From an uncultured Candidatus Saccharibacteria bacterium (GTDB lineage: Bacteria; Patescibacteriota; UBA1384; JAMDBS01; DAOVQR01), in contig CAYZSW010000005.1 in NCBI GenBank assembly GCA_964481135.1, positions 28,126-92,125 on the forward strand: DNA of 64,000 nucleotides, given 5' to 3'. The position numbers were made by a program, and so were the translations under genes. Each line of letters begins with the position of its first letter. Positions within the stretch are counted from its first letter, which is position 1. The notes below the pieces were generated by a model. It saw nothing but the letters and a program-made list of their open reading frames with translations, ran no database searches and was not told the DNA's origin. Of this stretch, positions 56,084 to 64,000 are shown piece after piece.

Positions 56084-57652
56084 TTAAGATTGAAAATTTT
56101 TTAAAATTAATGATCTACCATTCATTTCTTTAGGTTTTTCGATATTCATTAACTCAAGTATTGTCGGCGCAATATCAGCCAAAACACCGTCTTGTCTTAA
56201 ATGATACTTTTTATCGTTACTAAAATCAATTAATATAAATGGAACTGGATTGTTACTATGTTGTGTACTTGTGGATCCTGTCTGAGGATTTAATAATTCT
56301 TCAGCATTTCCGTGATCTGCTGTAATTATTAGTGTTCCTTTTTTGTATTTAACGAAATTATATAACTTACCAAGTTGTTCATCTAAAAATTCTATTGCCT
56401 CTATGACAGCATGAAAGTTTCCTGTATGACCAACCATGTCTGGATTAGCATAATTAATAATAACAAAATCATATTTATACATTTTCATTCTTCTGATAAC
56501 TTCTTGTGTAATTTTTTCTGCAGACATTTTTGGTGCCATATCGTATGTTGAAACTCTTGGAGAATTAATAATCATTCTATCTTCTTTGGGAAATTGATTT
56601 TCAATTCCTCCGTTAAAAAAATAAGTTACGTGTGCATATTTTTCTGTTTCAGCAATATGAAATTGCTTTAAATTGTTATTTGACAAAACTTCAGCCAAAG
56701 TATTATCGAGCTTTTGAGGCCCAAAAATACTATGAATATTTTTACCTACCTCTAATTCAGTACCATAAGGAATCATACCTGTAAAATACAGGTTCTGTAT
56801 TTTTTGTCTGCGAAAATTATTAAATTTGTCATCATTAAATGCCTGCGTTATTTGTCTGGCTCTGTCTGATCTAAAATTAAAAAATATCACACTATCGTTA
56901 TCTGAAATTTTTGTAAATTTATTAGATTTATCACTAATTGTAATCGGCTTAATATATTCATCTGTTTCACCATTTTTATAAGAATTAGAAACCGCTGAAA
57001 TAGGGGATTCAAAATTACTACCCATTCCTTGCGTTAAAAGATTATATGCCATTTGAGTTCTATCCCAGTGATTATCTCTATCCATAGCATAGTATCTACC
57101 AATTAATGAATTTATTCTTCCTACACCAATTTGCTTTATTTTATTTTGTAATTTTTCAATTAACTCAATGGCTGACATATTTAAATTATCTCTACCGTCA
57201 GTAAATAAATCTAAGTAAACCCGATCAAAATTCGAATTTCTAGCAAATTGTAGTAAGGCATAAATATGATCCGTATGGGAATGAATTCTACCCGTACTTA
57301 AAAGTCCTATTAAATGTAAATTCGAATTATATTTTTTTGCATGATTAACAGTATTAAATAATTCTTTACTTTTAAAAAAAGATTGGTCTTCAATTGATTT
57401 TGAAATTCTTGAACAATCTTGATAAACTATTCTGCCTGATCCAATGTTTAAATGTCCAACTTCTGAATTTCCTTGTTCGTGTCCAGGAAGACCAACATAT
57501 TTTCCAGAAGCTTCAATTTGCGCATGACTATAATTTTTCCAAAACATATCAAAATTAGGAGTTTTCGACTGAGTAATTGCATTAGCACCCCAAGACGGGG
57601 CAATACCCCAGCCGTCAAGTATTGTTAAAAATACTGGATTTGTATTATTCAT
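56084..57652 (-). CDS. gpmI: 2,3-BPG-independent phosphoglycerate mutase, paralog A
   Basis: ILDGWG, GNSEVGH, GRYYAMDRD, ETEKYAHVT, NPDMVGH, DHGN. Confidence 0.96.
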   Translation of the reverse strand: MNNTNPVFLTILDGWGIAPSWGANAITQSKTPNFDMFWKNYSHAQIEASGKYVGLPGHEQGNSEVGHLNIGSGRIVYQDCSRISKSIEDQSFFKSKELFNTVNHAKKYNSNLHLIGLLSTGRIHSHTDHIYALLQFARNSNFDRVYLDLFTDGRDNLNMSAIELIEKLQNKIKQIGVGRINSLIGRYYAMDRDNHWDRTQMAYNLLTQGMGSNFESPISAVSNSYKNGETDEYIKPITISDKSNKFTKISDNDSVIFFNFRSDRARQITQAFNDDKFNNFRRQKIQNLYFTGMIPYGTELEVGKNIHSIFGPQKLDNTLAEVLSNNNLKQFHIAETEKYAHVTYFFNGGIENQFPKEDRMIINSPRVSTYDMAPKMSAEKITQEVIRRMKMYKYDFVIINYANPDMVGHTGNFHAVIEAIEFLDEQLGKLYNFVKYKKGTLIITADHGNAEELLNPQTGSTSTQHSNNPVPFILIDFSNDKKYHLRQDGVLADIAPTILELMNIEKPKEMNGRSLILKNFQS

Positions 57653-57686
57653 ATATCCCTACTATTTATATTTTTTAGTATTATTT

Positions 57687-59267
57687 CTATATTAAATCTT
57701 TTAGTGATTGTCCTGTCATTTCCTCTGGGTGCTGCAAATTGAGTAAATCAATAATAGTTGGTGAAATATCAGCTATAACACCTGTCGGCTCTTGAGAAAA
57801 AAAAGAAATTTTTTCTTCTAAAGAAAAGTTATTATCAGATAATTTTAATTCTGGACAAGCCAAAACCATAGGTACTGGATTAGTGGTATGATTTTTATCA
57901 ATGGAACCATCGTGGGGACTTATCATTTGCTCACAATTGCCGTGATCGGAAGTAATTATTAAATTTGCATCAAGCTCTTGCGATAATTTAATAATTTTTG
58001 CTAAGTTTTTATCTACGAATTCACATGCTTTAATTGCAGATTGCAGATTGCCAGTATGTCCTACCATATCTGGATTTGCAAAATTAATTACCGAAAAATG
58101 TGGCATATTTTTCTTAAAATTTAATATAAACTGATCTACAACTTTTTCCAAAGACATTTCTGGCACCAGATCATAAGATTCAACTTTAGGCGATGGAATT
58201 AAAATTCTACTTTCACCTTGAAATTCTTTTTCGTGGCCACCGTTAAAAAAATAAGTTACATGGGCATATTTTTCTGTTTCCGAAGCATGTAATTGAAGAA
58301 AATTATTTTGACTTACAATACTTGCCAATTGGTTGCTTGTTTCTGATTGAAAAAAAGCAACTTGAGTATTTATATCTGGTTCATCTCCATAAGAAACAAA
58401 ACCTGAAAAAAATATTTTTGGTTGATTTTTACGCTGAAAACTTGAAAAATTGTCATCTATAAGAGTTGAAGCAATTTGAGATGTTCTGTCTTGTCGAAAA
58501 TTAAAACAGATCACTGAATCGTTAGATCGAATTAAGTTTGCATTATCTAATAAGCTTGGCTCAATATTTTCATCATTTTGATTATTCTCGTAGGCATTTT
58601 CAATTGCCGATTGAGCATTTGAAAATTTTTTACCCATACCGCTGACAATTAAATCGTATGCCTTTTGCGTTCTTTCCCAGTTTTTATCCCTATCCATCGC
58701 ATAAAACCTACCACAAATTGTTGAAATTTGACCGATTTTTATTTCATTAATTTTTTTATCAATTATTTGGATAAATTGCTGTGCACTTTTTGCTGGGGTA
58801 TCTCTACCATCAGTAATAATATGTATGGAAAGCTTCTGGACTTGTTGTATCTTAGCTAAATCCATTAAAGCTAAAAGGTGGTTTATGCTAGAATGTACCC
58901 CTCCGTTTGAAACTAAACCAATTAAATGGAGTGTAGAATTGTTTTTGTTCACTTTATTGCATGCATTAATTAAAGATTTGTTCGAAAAAAAAGATTTGTT
59001 TTTTATTGATTCATTAATTCTGGTTAAATCCTGCATAACTATTCTTCCAGTACCCAAATTTAAGTGACCCACCTCTGAATTTCCAACTTCTCCAGGTTCC
59101 AAACCAACCTCACTGGCCGAAGCATGCAAAAGTGTTTTAGGAAAATTTGCATAAAGATAATCAAGATTTGGCATTTTTGCAGATAAAATTGAATTTCCTT
59201 CTTCAACCGAAGAAGCACCAAAACCATCTAATATTACTAAAATAAGGGGTCTAGATTTTATAGACAT
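57687..59267 (-). CDS. gpmI: 2,3-BPG-independent phosphoglycerate mutase, paralog B
   Basis: ILDGFG, GNSEVGH, GRFYAMDRD, ETEKYAHVT, NPDMVGH, DHGN. Confidence 0.96.
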   Translation of the reverse strand: MSIKSRPLILVILDGFGASSVEEGNSILSAKMPNLDYLYANFPKTLLHASASEVGLEPGEVGNSEVGHLNLGTGRIVMQDLTRINESIKNKSFFSNKSLINACNKVNKNNSTLHLIGLVSNGGVHSSINHLLALMDLAKIQQVQKLSIHIITDGRDTPAKSAQQFIQIIDKKINEIKIGQISTICGRFYAMDRDKNWERTQKAYDLIVSGMGKKFSNAQSAIENAYENNQNDENIEPSLLDNANLIRSNDSVICFNFRQDRTSQIASTLIDDNFSSFQRKNQPKIFFSGFVSYGDEPDINTQVAFFQSETSNQLASIVSQNNFLQLHASETEKYAHVTYFFNGGHEKEFQGESRILIPSPKVESYDLVPEMSLEKVVDQFILNFKKNMPHFSVINFANPDMVGHTGNLQSAIKACEFVDKNLAKIIKLSQELDANLIITSDHGNCEQMISPHDGSIDKNHTTNPVPMVLACPELKLSDNNFSLEEKISFFSQEPTGVIADISPTIIDLLNLQHPEEMTGQSLKDLI

Positions 59268-59276
59268 AATTAAATA

Positions 59277-60473
59277 TCAAACTAATTTTTCTTCTATTCT
59301 GATTAATTGATTATATTTCGCAACTCTTTCTCCCCTAGAAGGAGCTCCGGTTTTAATAAAATTTGCATTCACACCCACCGCTAAATCAGAAATAAATGTT
59401 GATTCTGTTTCACCAGAACGATGGGAAATAATAATTGTGTAATTAGCTTCTTTGGCCATCCTAACTGTCTTAAAGGTCTCTGTTAATGTTCCAATTTGGT
59501 CAGGTTTTATGATTACACCATTAGCACATTTTTGGATAATACCTTTTTGCAATCTTTGAGGGTTTGTAGTGTAAATATCATCGCCAATTATTTTAACTTT
59601 ACTGCCAATTGCTTGATTAAGCTTTGTCCAATTTTCCCAATCATCTTCGCCTAAACCATCTTCTATTAAAATAATTGGGTAATTTTCTGTTATTTTTTGA
59701 TAATAGGCAATTGGAGAAAGAGGATAAGTAACAGCAGGTAAATTTGAAATTGAGCTTGCTGCCACATCAAGACCAATACTTACATCTTCTCGTGGTTTGT
59801 GACCAGATTTGATTATTGCATTTGTAATTAATTCTATAGCTTCTTCGTTGGTATTTAACTTAGGAGCAAAACCACCCTCGTCGCCAACATTAGTCGATAA
59901 TTTCATTTTTTTCATATCTGATTTTAACTGATGAAAAATTTCTGTTCCATCTTCAACCATTTGCTTAAAGCTCCTATTGCCGACAGGAATGATCATAAAT
60001 TCTTGAAAAGATAAATTATTATCAGCATGCTGCCCACCGTTAATAATATTAAACATAGGAAATGGCAGTTTAAAATCATTTTCATTTATTTTTGAGATTT
60101 CTCTTAAATATTTGAACAATGGCATCTTCTTTGAATTAGCAGCTGCTACCGATGTTGCTAAAGATAAAGCCAAAATTACATTACCTCCTAAATTACTTTT
60201 GTTTGCAGTACCATCCGTATTAATCATTGAAATATCTATTCTTTCTTGATCAAAAGCATTTTGACCAATAAGAATTTTTGATAATATTTCAATATTTTGG
60301 ATTGCTTTGTCTATATCTGTTACTCTAAAAGCTTCGTACTTTCCTTTAGATGCCCCAGAAGGAACAGATGTTCTACCAAAAGAACCGTCATCCAAATAAA
60401 TATCAACTTCAATAGTAAAATCTCCTCTTGAGTCCAAAATTTTTCGAGGAATAATTTTTTGTATTATTGCCAT
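59277..60473 (-). CDS. eno: Enolase (compact, 398 aa)
   Basis: ILDSRG, VPSGAS, NGGQHA, GDEGGFAP, SHRSGET, ERVAKYNQL. Confidence 0.97.
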   Translation of the reverse strand: MAIIQKIIPRKILDSRGDFTIEVDIYLDDGSFGRTSVPSGASKGKYEAFRVTDIDKAIQNIEILSKILIGQNAFDQERIDISMINTDGTANKSNLGGNVILALSLATSVAAANSKKMPLFKYLREISKINENDFKLPFPMFNIINGGQHADNNLSFQEFMIIPVGNRSFKQMVEDGTEIFHQLKSDMKKMKLSTNVGDEGGFAPKLNTNEEAIELITNAIIKSGHKPREDVSIGLDVAASSISNLPAVTYPLSPIAYYQKITENYPIILIEDGLGEDDWENWTKLNQAIGSKVKIIGDDIYTTNPQRLQKGIIQKCANGVIIKPDQIGTLTETFKTVRMAKEANYTIIISHRSGETESTFISDLAVGVNANFIKTGAPSRGERVAKYNQLIRIEEKLV

Positions 60474-60520
60474 AAACCCTCCAATTCATTATTATAGTTG
60501 TTAGTTTATAAAACTAAGCT

Positions 60521-61588
60521 TTATTTATTATCTGCCAATTTATCTTTTAGAAATTGTATAATATCTACCGGAGATGGATCAACTTGGTTTAAAATACTTA
60601 AATAATACGAAACAAAATCAACAAACATAATATTATGTAATATTTCTGAAAGTTCTCCGCCTTTTTGATTTATAAAAATATTTTCAAATTTTATTCCTTT
60701 TTTAGATAAAATTTGTTGTAAAACTTGATATCTAATTTTGTTTCGAGGATTGTCAAATTTTGATTGAAGTAAAATTGTTAGTGTATAATTTTGCAAATCT
60801 TTTGGATAATCAAGTCCAACAATATGATTATGACAAAGTTCTGGAACTTCATCATACATCGCGATATTTTTTGCATTCTCGTTTATTTGATCCTTAAATC
60901 TTCTAGCAATATTTTTAAGATTTCCACTAGCAAATATAACCGGTATTTTTTGGTGGATTTTTTCTGCTAATTTTTTTGCTTCATTATTGTTAGTTGTGAT
61001 ATCAAAATTAATTTTTTGTCGATAAATTTTTGTATTTTGAATAGAATCAAGTGCCTCATCTTTTCCAAACTCAATGTACCCAAGCTTGTTAAAAATGCAA
61101 ATTAATGGCATAAATGAATATGCAATTGCTGCTCTTGGGGCAGAGGAATAATCAATTTCAAAAATTGGTATTTTATGTTTTCTAGCCATCGAAGCCATTT
61201 TCCCACCCGTAGTTATTGCGATACATTTTGCTCCTACATCGATTGCTTTTTGAAAAGTGGTTAATGTCTCTTCGGTATTGCCAGAATAACTTGAAGCTAA
61301 AACTAAAGTATCGTTACCAACAAAATTTGGTAAATCGTAATCTCTAACAACAAAAACTGGAATTTTTGATGTCTTATAAATTAAATCTTTTGCTAAATCT
61401 CCACCGATAGCTGAACCACCTAATCCTAAAACCACAATATTTTTAGCTTTAATATAATGCGTAGGAACAATAAATTTTTTAGATTTTGTCCATGCTATCT
61501 CAAAATTTTCAGGTAATTCCGAAATCTTTCCAAGCATGTTATCTTTGTCAAACTTACTATATAACTCAATATCGTCTAACAATTTCAT
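60521..61588 (-). CDS. Bifunctional phosphoglucose/phosphomannose isomerase (SIS)
   Basis: GLGGSAIGG, SYSGNTEET, TTGG, PRAA, NENAK, PELCHN. Confidence 0.92.
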   Translation of the reverse strand: MKLLDDIELYSKFDKDNMLGKISELPENFEIAWTKSKKFIVPTHYIKAKNIVVLGLGGSAIGGDLAKDLIYKTSKIPVFVVRDYDLPNFVGNDTLVLASSYSGNTEETLTTFQKAIDVGAKCIAITTGGKMASMARKHKIPIFEIDYSSAPRAAIAYSFMPLICIFNKLGYIEFGKDEALDSIQNTKIYRQKINFDITTNNNEAKKLAEKIHQKIPVIFASGNLKNIARRFKDQINENAKNIAMYDEVPELCHNHIVGLDYPKDLQNYTLTILLQSKFDNPRNKIRYQVLQQILSKKGIKFENIFINQKGGELSEILHNIMFVDFVSYYLSILNQVDPSPVDIIQFLKDKLADNK

Positions 61589-61654
61589 AATTTGTCCTTT
61601 CTGTCTATATTTCAGTAAAATTTTATCATCCATAGAAGTAATTGTAAATAATTT

Positions 61655-62191
61655 TTATAAATTTTGATTTGATCTAACTCTTGTCTTGTAAATACGAATT
61701 TGTTCTTGAATTTGATTAGCTCTTAGTTTTGGCGATTCAATTGATTTAAATAAAATAAAATTTCCCTCAGACGCAGAATTAATTGTTACATCGCCAGCAT
61801 TAAATAAACTATCTATATAACCTTGTTTATATCTAACAAACTGAATATGACTATTAGCAATTGATTTTTCAGTTTTTAAAATTATTCCTTGCTCTATTTC
61901 AACTCTTTTGGTTGTAAGAACATAAAATTTGTTGATATTGTCCAAATAAATAACAACTATTACTAACAATATAACTAAAAGTGGAACAATGCTTACCCAA
62001 ATTTTATCACCTGGTAAAAATTCTAGTGCTTCTGGAATATTTAATATATCAAAAAGGATAAATATTACAACACCAAGCAAAATAAGACCAAAAACTATGG
62101 ACATAAATTTCTTTTTTTCTGGATTAACTTTAAATATCTCTTTTTCTCCTCTAAATTCTGGCATTTTCATTAATTCATCGTTTGGATTCAT
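61655..62191 (-). CDS. Bacterial PH-domain (bPH_2) membrane protein
   Basis: Two TMs then YVLTTKRV..GI, IQ.V..Q..LFNAGDV.I. Confidence 0.8.
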   Translation of the reverse strand: MNPNDELMKMPEFRGEKEIFKVNPEKKKFMSIVFGLILLGVVIFILFDILNIPEALEFLPGDKIWVSIVPLLVILLVIVVIYLDNINKFYVLTTKRVEIEQGIILKTEKSIANSHIQFVRYKQGYIDSLFNAGDVTINSASEGNFILFKSIESPKLRANQIQEQIRIYKTRVRSNQNL

Positions 62192-62541
62192 TCTTTATCC
62201 TTTGAGTCAAACAAAAGCGCATTAGTTAAAATTGTAATAATCCAATATATTATTGCTGCCCAAAACGCGGTCATATAATTAGTAATATAAAATCCATTGG
62301 TAAAACTCGCTACAAACCATAACATTAAAGCATTAATGAATAATGTAAATATTCCAAGTGTTAAAATATTTATTGGCAAAGTTAATAAAAGCAAAATTGG
62401 TCTAATAAGTGCATTAACAATAGCCAAAAAGAATACTGCAATCAATGCGGTAAAAAAATTATTTATTTCAACACCTGGCATTATATAAGCTACTAGTAGT
62501 AAACTGAGTGAATTAATAAACCATCGTAAAATTAGAATCAT
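62188..62541 (-). CDS. Phage-holin-4 / YvlD-like membrane protein
   Basis: NALIRPILLLLTLPINILTLGIF..INA. Confidence 0.88.
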   Translation of the reverse strand: MILILRWFINSLSLLLVAYIMPGVEINNFFTALIAVFFLAIVNALIRPILLLLTLPINILTLGIFTLFINALMLWFVASFTNGFYITNYMTAFWAAIIYWIITILTNALLFDSKDKE

Positions 62542-62542
62542 A

Positions 62543-62833
62543 TTAAACCTTAGTTATATGTTTTTTTTTAATTATCTTTTTTTCAATAAATTCTTTAATT
62601 GGAATGTAACAAGTTTTTCCGATGTCTTCGTCTTGGGAAATAATTTTAACTTTTACCCAATCATCTGAAATATCTGGCGTGTTTTTTCTATCATAACTCA
62701 AAACTTCTGCAATAGCACCTTTATTTATTCGTGTTGTAGTCCACGCTCCAGGTCTTGAAATACCTTTTCCTTCGACCATGGTTCGAAAATAAATTTTAAC
62801 TCCAGGCGTAAATTGTAATTGTGGAAATTTCAT
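62543..62833 (-). CDS. Hypothetical protein, possibly SH3-like
   Basis: INKG..AEVL..DDWVKVKI..GKTCYIP pattern. Confidence 0.55.
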   Translation of the reverse strand: MKFPQLQFTPGVKIYFRTMVEGKGISRPGAWTTTRINKGAIAEVLSYDRKNTPDISDDWVKVKIISQDEDIGKTCYIPIKEFIEKKIIKKKHITKV

Positions 62834-62948
62834 ATTAAAACATTTTCATTTAAATTCTAATTCAATTTTATTATATAATAAAATTCTTCTAAATCAAAAT
62901 ATTAAACATGATATTGAGGTTTTTAATAAACTATAGTAAGATTTTAGT

Positions 62949-63554
62949 ATGAAGGTTATAAAAATTAACCCAAATAATCCTCACCCCGACATTTTAACCG
63001 AATCAGTAAAGTGCCTTAGTGCTGGTGGTACTTTAGTTTATCCTACTGATACCTGCTATGGCTTGGGAGCTGACATGCTAAACCCGATTGCAGTAAACAA
63101 AATCTATAAGATTAAAAACCGTCAGGATAGAAAACCACTATCGTTAATCATAAGAAACATCTCTCAATTGAAAAAATATGCTTTTGTAGAAAACAAACAA
63201 GAACTAATTTTAAAACGCCATCTACCGGGTCAATTCACTTTTGTTTTACTTAGTATAAATTATGATATTTTTAAACAATCAAGTGTTGGCATAAGAATGC
63301 CAAATTATAAATTTACCAAATTACTCTCTGATAAATTTTCAAATCCTTATTGCACAACTAGTGCAAATATATCAGGACACGAACCATGTTACGATATAAA
63401 TTGCATTCTTAAACAATTCACAAATGCCCAAGCTCAGCCAAATTTAATTTTAGATGCAGGGCAATTACCAAAAAATCTACCCTCAACTGTGGTAGATTTA
63501 ACAAATTGGCCACCAAATATTATTAGACAAGGTGCCGAAAAATTAATAATTTAA
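62949..63554 (+). CDS. tsaC: Threonylcarbamoyl-AMP synthase (Sua5/YrdC)
   Basis: YPTDTCYGLG, K.R..KPLS, PG.FT, TTSANISG, PSTVVD. Confidence 0.94.
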   Translation: MKVIKINPNNPHPDILTESVKCLSAGGTLVYPTDTCYGLGADMLNPIAVNKIYKIKNRQDRKPLSLIIRNISQLKKYAFVENKQELILKRHLPGQFTFVLLSINYDIFKQSSVGIRMPNYKFTKLLSDKFSNPYCTTSANISGHEPCYDINCILKQFTNAQAQPNLILDAGQLPKNLPSTVVDLTNWPPNIIRQGAEKLII

Positions 63555-63562
63555 ATTTATAT

Positions 63563-63649
63563 TGGTGCCGTGGGAGAGAATCGAACTCTCAAGGTTTTGC
63601 AACCATAGGTTTTTGAGACCTACGCGTATACCAATTCCGCCACCACGGC
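63563..63649 (-). tRNA. tRNA-Leu(CAA)
   Basis: GCCGTGG..GGAATTGGTATAC..TAGGT-CTCAAAA-ACCTA, long variable arm, TTCGA, CCACGGCACCA. Confidence 0.95.
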
Positions 63650-63790
63650 ATTAAATGTTAATTATTATTTGTTTATTGTTATTTGCTAATTGTTAATTGA
63701 TAGATGTTCTTTGTTTATTATTTTTAAGCTTTATGATATACTAAATAATAGCAGAAAACTAACTTTATAACAAGAAAAATGGAGGGGGAT

Positions 63791-64000
63791 TTGACGCAAG
63801 AAAAAAATATTCCAATCAAAATTAGTAAAAAAGATGTAGAAGATCTTTTTCAAAAACCAACTGACTCTAAATCTACAAAAATAACAAAAAATGTTTTTAA
63901 ATGGCTAGGAATTTTTATTTTAGTAATTTTTTTAGGATTTGCGTTTGTCAATGGTCCAGCAATTTATGCCAATGCTAAATATTTTACTTATGTTGATTTA
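63791..64000 (+). CDS. Membrane-anchored protein, 5' part (runs off window)
   Basis: GGAGG SD, TTG start, 70 open codons with a TM segment (WLGIFILVIFLGFAFVNGP). Confidence 0.65.
   Translation, partial: MTQEKNIPIKISKKDVEDLFQKPTDSKSTKITKNVFKWLGIFILVIFLGFAFVNGPAIYANAKYFTYVDL

Noticed and set aside
1876-62488. Many short antisense or alternate-frame ORFs in the ORF track (e.g. 2613-3017, 9954-10268, 16408-16806, 31994-32332, 58825-59067)
   Set aside because: They lie inside well-supported genes and are Phe/Leu/Ile-rich mirror translations of Lys-rich AT-rich genes, with no motifs.
62188-62541. Holin-family gene as a prophage marker
   Set aside because: The YvlD-like family is a common chromosomal membrane protein; no phage structural, integrase or lysin genes are adjacent.
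48859-63649. tRNA-Ala or tRNA-Leu as island integration sites
   Set aside because: No duplicated tRNA 3' ends or integrase were seen, and the flanking genes are housekeeping.
1-64000. Alternative genetic code (TGA=Gly, as in Gracilibacteria/Absconditabacteria)
   Set aside because: Conserved genes are uninterrupted under code 11, and TGA terminates map, eno, ackA and rplD at expected positions.

Overview
Very AT-rich bacterial chromosomal segment using genetic code 11. It most likely comes from a Patescibacteria/CPR genome (inference): rpmD/L30 is absent between rpsE and rplO, RpoA, PheS, PheT and AspS are streamlined, and there is a PaaX-like regulator and a fermentative PFOR-PduL-AckA cluster. 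1-17.9 kb: end of tuf, rpsJ, an ~840-bp insert (palindromic repeats plus an unlisted 53-aa ORF), then the S10-spc-alpha ribosomal supercluster through rplM-rpsI. 17.9-29.7 kb: DinB polymerase, then an accessory/defence island bracketed by two paralogous REP-associated tyrosine transposases (RAYT/TnpA-Y1) in opposite orientation, each flanked by its own palindromic REP family. The island carries an MboII-like type IIS R-M system, two HEPN-like genes (one with an internal stop), an ABC-ATPase/TOPRIM (OLD-like) nuclease, a direct-repeat-flanked ORF, and a REP-flanked small nuclease-like gene followed by a structured element with a convergent promoter. 29.7-38.3 kb: envelope/secreted proteins (SLT, two MliC-like, YARHG, a large lipoprotein). 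38.4-64 kb: housekeeping genes (rbfA, pheST, aspS, dac, rnc, nusB, rpmF, leuS, tRNA-Ala, dgt-like, cca), a glycolysis-to-acetate cluster, Sua5 and tRNA-Leu. The best candidate for an undescribed system is the RAYT/REP cassette architecture, with its possible toxin plus antisense-RNA cargo. All family assignments come from reading motifs by eye; no database searches were run.
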